DNA of 64,000 bases from a virus: IMG/VR virus record IMGVR_UViG_3300031469_000005, positions 1 to 64,000 of that record; one strand, written 5' to 3'. Under the pieces are notes generated by a model. That model searched no databases. It had not been told where the DNA came from and worked only from the letters and a program-made list of their open reading frames with translations. Numbering within the stretch: position 1 is the stretch's first letter; every line of letters begins with the position of its first letter. Positions 60,186 to 64,000 of this stretch are shown here, one piece after another. The translations under genes and the position numbers were made by a program.

Positions 60186-61753
60186 AGTACAATTTGTCTC
60201 CTTCGGAACTCTTTGAAGAAGCCATCATCAACGGCGAAGGTTACGTTGGTGAGAACGGGCAACTATGCGTTGCTACCGGAGAACACACGGGGCGAGCAGC
60301 GAACGACAAGTACATCGTCAAGAATGATGCATTGACTGATGTTTCCTACGGAAAGGCTGGAACGCCGCTGGAACCGTCAACGTTCACGCAACTAGGGGAC
60401 CTAACGGTAGGTTACCTTAAGGCGAAGGCAACGACGGGATGCTACATTGTTGATTTTTATGCAGCGGGAAAAAAGTGTCGTCTCATTGCGGAAAAAGCAT
60501 GGCATGCATTGTTCGTCACTCGAATGTTCGAACAATCTGAACATTCGCAAGTGACTGCGGAAACGTTGCTTGACCCCTCGATCGAGCTTGACCACTCGAT
60601 CGATCTGACGATCATCGATGTGCCAGATCTTCAAGTGAAACTGCCCGAATTGCGCAGTTCAACCTTCATTGCATGCGATTTCATCAATGGGTTCGTCTTG
60701 ATCGGTGGAACTAACTACGCCGGAGAAATCAAAAAGAGCGTGTTCTCATTCCTGGCATACAAGTTTCCAGAAGAAAACATCCTTCCGATGCATTCGAGCG
60801 TGACAGCTTCGAGCAACGGGAACGATTCATGCAATTGCGAAGGTCATTGTAATTGTGCTGGCAAGAACGTGACAGTATTCTTCGGTCTATCCGGTACGGG
60901 TAAAACGACCCTGAGTGCAAACAAGGGAAGTCGATTGCTCGGTGACGATGAACATGGTTGGTCTGGTGACGGCGTCTTCAACTTTGAAACGGGTTGCTAC
61001 GCAAAGGTGATCGATCTTTCCGAAAAGAATGAGCCCGCTATCTGGAACGCGTGTAACCAACACTTGACCGTCCTTGAAAACGTCAGGATGACTGACAACA
61101 GAAGGATCGATTTCATGGATCGAACGTTGACAGAGAACACACGTGCTGCATATCAACTGAATCGTATTCAAGGTGCCTTACCAAACAATCTCGTGGTAAC
61201 TCACCCACGAAACATCATCATGTTGACATGCGATGCATTCGGTGTTCTTCCCGCCGTGGCAAAGCTCAATAAATTCTCCGCGGCATATCACTTCGTGATG
61301 GGTTACACGGCGAAGGTTGCCGGAACTGAAAAGGGAACGACGGAACCGACAGCGACGTTCAGTTGCTGTTTTGGTGCACCTTTCATGCTGAAGAACGTCA
61401 TGGTGTACGCCGATCTCCTCATGAAGAGAATTGATGAGCACCAACCAGACATCTTTTTAGTGAATACGGGCTGGTTTGGCGGCGGATATGGCGTTGGAAA
61501 TCGAATTTCAATTCAAGAAACGCGAAAAATTATTGACAATATCGTTTCGGGACAATATAAAAATGCGCCTTGTAAACTTAACAAGACGTTTAATTTGAAC
61601 GTCATCGAAGGTTCATTCAATGAAGATCCTCGTTCATCGTGGAATGATAAAAAGTCATACGATGATATGGCCAAAGAATTAGTTGAAAAATTTCGAGAAA
61701 ATGCGAAGACATATCAAATGTCGGATGAAATTTTAAATGCCGGAATTTTCTAA
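60182..61753 (+). CDS. pckA: Phosphoenolpyruvate carboxykinase (ATP)
   Basis: TGEHTGR, YAGEIKKSVF, FFGLSGTGKTTLS, GDDEHGW, GCYAK, TENTRAAY, LVNTGW. Confidence 0.95.
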   Translation: MKYNLSPSELFEEAIINGEGYVGENGQLCVATGEHTGRAANDKYIVKNDALTDVSYGKAGTPLEPSTFTQLGDLTVGYLKAKATTGCYIVDFYAAGKKCRLIAEKAWHALFVTRMFEQSEHSQVTAETLLDPSIELDHSIDLTIIDVPDLQVKLPELRSSTFIACDFINGFVLIGGTNYAGEIKKSVFSFLAYKFPEENILPMHSSVTASSNGNDSCNCEGHCNCAGKNVTVFFGLSGTGKTTLSANKGSRLLGDDEHGWSGDGVFNFETGCYAKVIDLSEKNEPAIWNACNQHLTVLENVRMTDNRRIDFMDRTLTENTRAAYQLNRIQGALPNNLVVTHPRNIIMLTCDAFGVLPAVAKLNKFSAAYHFVMGYTAKVAGTEKGTTEPTATFSCCFGAPFMLKNVMVYADLLMKRIDEHQPDIFLVNTGWFGGGYGVGNRISIQETRKIIDNIVSGQYKNAPCKLNKTFNLNVIEGSFNEDPRSSWNDKKSYDDMAKELVEKFRENAKTYQMSDEILNAGIF

Positions 61754-61851
61754 AACTCTTAACAATTCTTCGTCGCCCGGTCGTGCACGATTATGTTCTA
61801 ATCGCCATTTCGCTCGTTGTTTTAGTTGAGCGTTGCTGTTGTTTTTATTTT

Positions 61852-62007
61852 GATAAGGATGCATACGATGCGACCGCAACAAAGCTCGTTGGAATGTTCA
61901 ACGAAAATGCGAAGCAATTCCTGCTCGATTTGACTGTCTATCAAGCGGGAATGCCGACGTTGGTAACCGCAAGCGAACAACACACAATCTTCAAGAAGAA
62001 TTCATGA
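61852..62007 (+). pseudogene. Orphan duplicate of the pckA 3' end
   Basis: DKDAYDATATKLVGMFNENAK aligns without gaps to DKKSYDDMAKELVEKFRENAK. Confidence 0.75.
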
Positions 62008-63082
62008 ACACATTACCATACAAAGTCATCAACATTGCAACGAAGTTCGTGCAACACGAAGGTCGAATCGGATTCGACGCCGCGGCCCTGTTGACCCCCA
62101 AAAGCATACTGAGCATTCCTTGTGGGCGGTTCATTGTTGTGAACACTGAACTTGATCTCAATGGAAGCGAAGCAAGCTTGATCGTCTTTGTCAATGTCAA
62201 CAAGTCCGTACTGCTTGAGGCATCGACCGCCTACGTAAGCTCCAGTCATAATACGATCTTAGCATAAACATCTCGTTCACGTAGCTTAATGAGTTCCTCA
62301 TACACAAACGTGAGTCGGATAAAGTTCCTCTCAAAAGGAGGCGTTGCAGGTGAGATTCCTGTCGTGAACGAGAAGTTTGATATTCCCATTCAAGAGATCC
62401 GTATCGGCGATTTGATCATTGATCACAACAACCATATTTTCTTATTGATCGCAAGTCAACTTGAATTCGACGGATCGATGCTGATGACGTTTGCATACAA
62501 TTCTTCCAGATGGAATCGTGATTCACAACTTGAATCGAAACGATTCTTGGTATTTACTTTACCGTTTTTTCAACTTTTTACGGAGCTAAATTCTGGTCAA
62601 GGGACGAACAACATGTTTGATTTTGTGTGTGTAGGATTCTTTTTGGGCATCGCAGTGACGTACTTCTCAATTCGCTACGCTCCCCGATTGAGGTCGGGCG
62701 GTCATTCGTGTGGAACATGTAGGGTTGACAAGACGCTTTCAAAGGTTTCCTATTCAATCTGTGCAACGTTCAGAGATGGTAACAAGCAAATTTACCACAA
62801 CGTTGGAGCACATGAATTTCTTGTTCAACGGAACGGCGGAAGATCGGATTTCGTATCAAAAAACGTCTCAGGCGTCTATGATACGAATGGAAAGCTCGTA
62901 GTTAAAGTTCCGTTCAATTTCATCAAAGAATGGTGGTTCTTGAGCCAAAAAGATCACTTTTCGAAGCTTGAAACGGAAGATGTGAATCGAATTCTTGATT
63001 TCATCGTCACTGATGCGATCTGTTGGATCAATGCTCCGCCCGACTTGAAGTTGTTGATTGCAAAACTCAAAGAAGACAAAAA

Positions 63083-63265
63083 ATGAAACGAAACATCTTA
63101 GCTTTACTTTTTATCACATCATGCGTTTCTTCATCGCTTCCTTCCCCCGATCGATTTCGAAAGGATGATCTGTACTGTTGGATCAAAACCTCTCAAGGCG
63201 AATGGGTTGCACGTGGAATCCCAGAATCGTGTCCAGAAGGTACGTCAACGCTTGACGTTGAATGA
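63083..63265 (+). CDS. Small putative lipoprotein
   Basis: MKRNILALLFITSC. Confidence 0.5.
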   Translation: MKRNILALLFITSCVSSSLPSPDRFRKDDLYCWIKTSQGEWVARGIPESCPEGTSTLDVE

Positions 63266-63525
63266 AAATTGATTTGAACGTTGCTTCAATGATGATTATG
63301 GTATCTCATGATCGGTGACCACGCTCGGTGGCGAGGCCGAATTGTTCGCATAACTGACGAGTATTGGGGCGTTGTGATGTTCACGCTAAAAGGCAAGCAT
63401 TACGAAGCGATGATTTCAGAGCTCTAACCGATTCACTTACGAATCTTAAGGTAAAATGACGACAGAATCTTTCAGAAATAAAGTTAACAATTTACATTTA
63501 GAAAAGTCGAAAAAAAATTAGTCTA

Positions 63526-64000
63526 TTGAACACGGGTGACAGGATCGTTTCGACGTACCTCAACGAACTTCGTAAGTACCCACAGCTTGAACATGAAGAA
63601 GTTGTTGAGCTCTTTAAGAAGATCGAAAACAAGGCAATCGACTGTAACGCAGCAAGAAAGAGGTTGATCGAATGCAACCTCCGTCTCGTCGTCTCGATTG
63701 CAAAGAAGTACAAGAACTACAATCTCCCAATCGAAGATCTGATTCAAGAGGGCAACCTGGGTCTGATCAAGGGCATCGAGCGTTTCGACTGGTCGAAGGG
63801 ATTCAAGTTCAGCACGTACGCATCTTGGTGGATTCAACAAGCCATCGGGCAACACGTGTTAAAGCGTCGTAGGACGATCAGGTTGCCTGGACATGCTGCC
63901 ACAGCCCAAAGCAAGATCATGAATGTTTCAGAGGTATATCGGTTGAAGTTCAACATGAGTCCCTCAATTGAGGAGATCGTTGCGGCGACAGGAATTTCTG
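63526..64000 (+). CDS. Sigma-70 family RNA polymerase sigma factor (RpoD/RpoS-like), truncated by the window end
   Basis: Not in the track; translates to [57 protein letters not shown]; start uncertain (TTG 63526, or ATG 63456 with an A8 slip). Confidence 0.92.
   Translation, partial: MNTGDRIVSTYLNELRKYPQLEHEEVVELFKKIENKAIDCNAARKRLIECNLRLVVSIAKKYKNYNLPIEDLIQEGNLGLIKGIERFDWSKGFKFSTYASWWIQQAIGQHVLKRRRTIRLPGHAATAQSKIMNVSEVYRLKFNMSPSIEEIVAATGIS

Noticed and set aside
1-64000. tRNA, rRNA, CRISPR array, or reverse transcriptase/DGR
   Set aside because: No cloverleaf, regularly spaced repeat-spacer units or RT motifs found by eye; the recurring motif is a promoter. tRNAscan/Infernal were not run.

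Overview
A 64-kb segment of a large (jumbo-type) tailed bacteriophage genome. It is densely coding, mostly on the + strand with a - strand block at ~46.8-56.4 kb. By eye I found no rRNA, tRNA, CRISPR array, integrase or structural capsid/tail genes. Main content: (1) A family-C DNA polymerase (dnaE) broken into three widely separated genes. The last two are rejoined by a naturally split intein flanking a free-standing endonuclease. The first break has no visible splicing element and spans ~11 kb of other genes, and there is an additional frame break inside the PHP motif at the 5' end. (2) A probable cytosine-hypermodification/nucleotide cluster: dNMP kinase, a thymidylate-synthase homologue with the dCMP-hydroxymethylase-type Asp, a GT-B glycosyltransferase, ATP-grasp, thymidine kinase and two deaminases. 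(3) Candidate counter-defence and host-takeover enzymes: macrodomain, small HD alarmone hydrolase, RNA ligase, ADP-ribosyltransferase, SpoU methylase, acyltransferase-3. (4) Auxiliary metabolic genes: pckA, Fe/Mn-SOD-like, nitrilase, pterin dehydratase. (5) DNA ligase, RadA-like ATPase, a MoxR/vWA pair, four Vsr-like homing endonucleases and a partial sigma-70. Two regulatory grammars are readable in the DNA: >25 copies of an nTGTT(C/T)-N17-TAnnAT promoter (usually with an extended TGn), often only 5-7 nt upstream of ATG (leaderless), and an ATAnTTA motif before genes sharing an N-terminal L-x-x-x-I-x-E signal (candidate capsid-targeting sequence). About 18 small dispersed PGD-motif proteins form an expanded family. 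Several frameshifts/stops may be assembly errors. All calls are motif recognition by eye; no database search was run.
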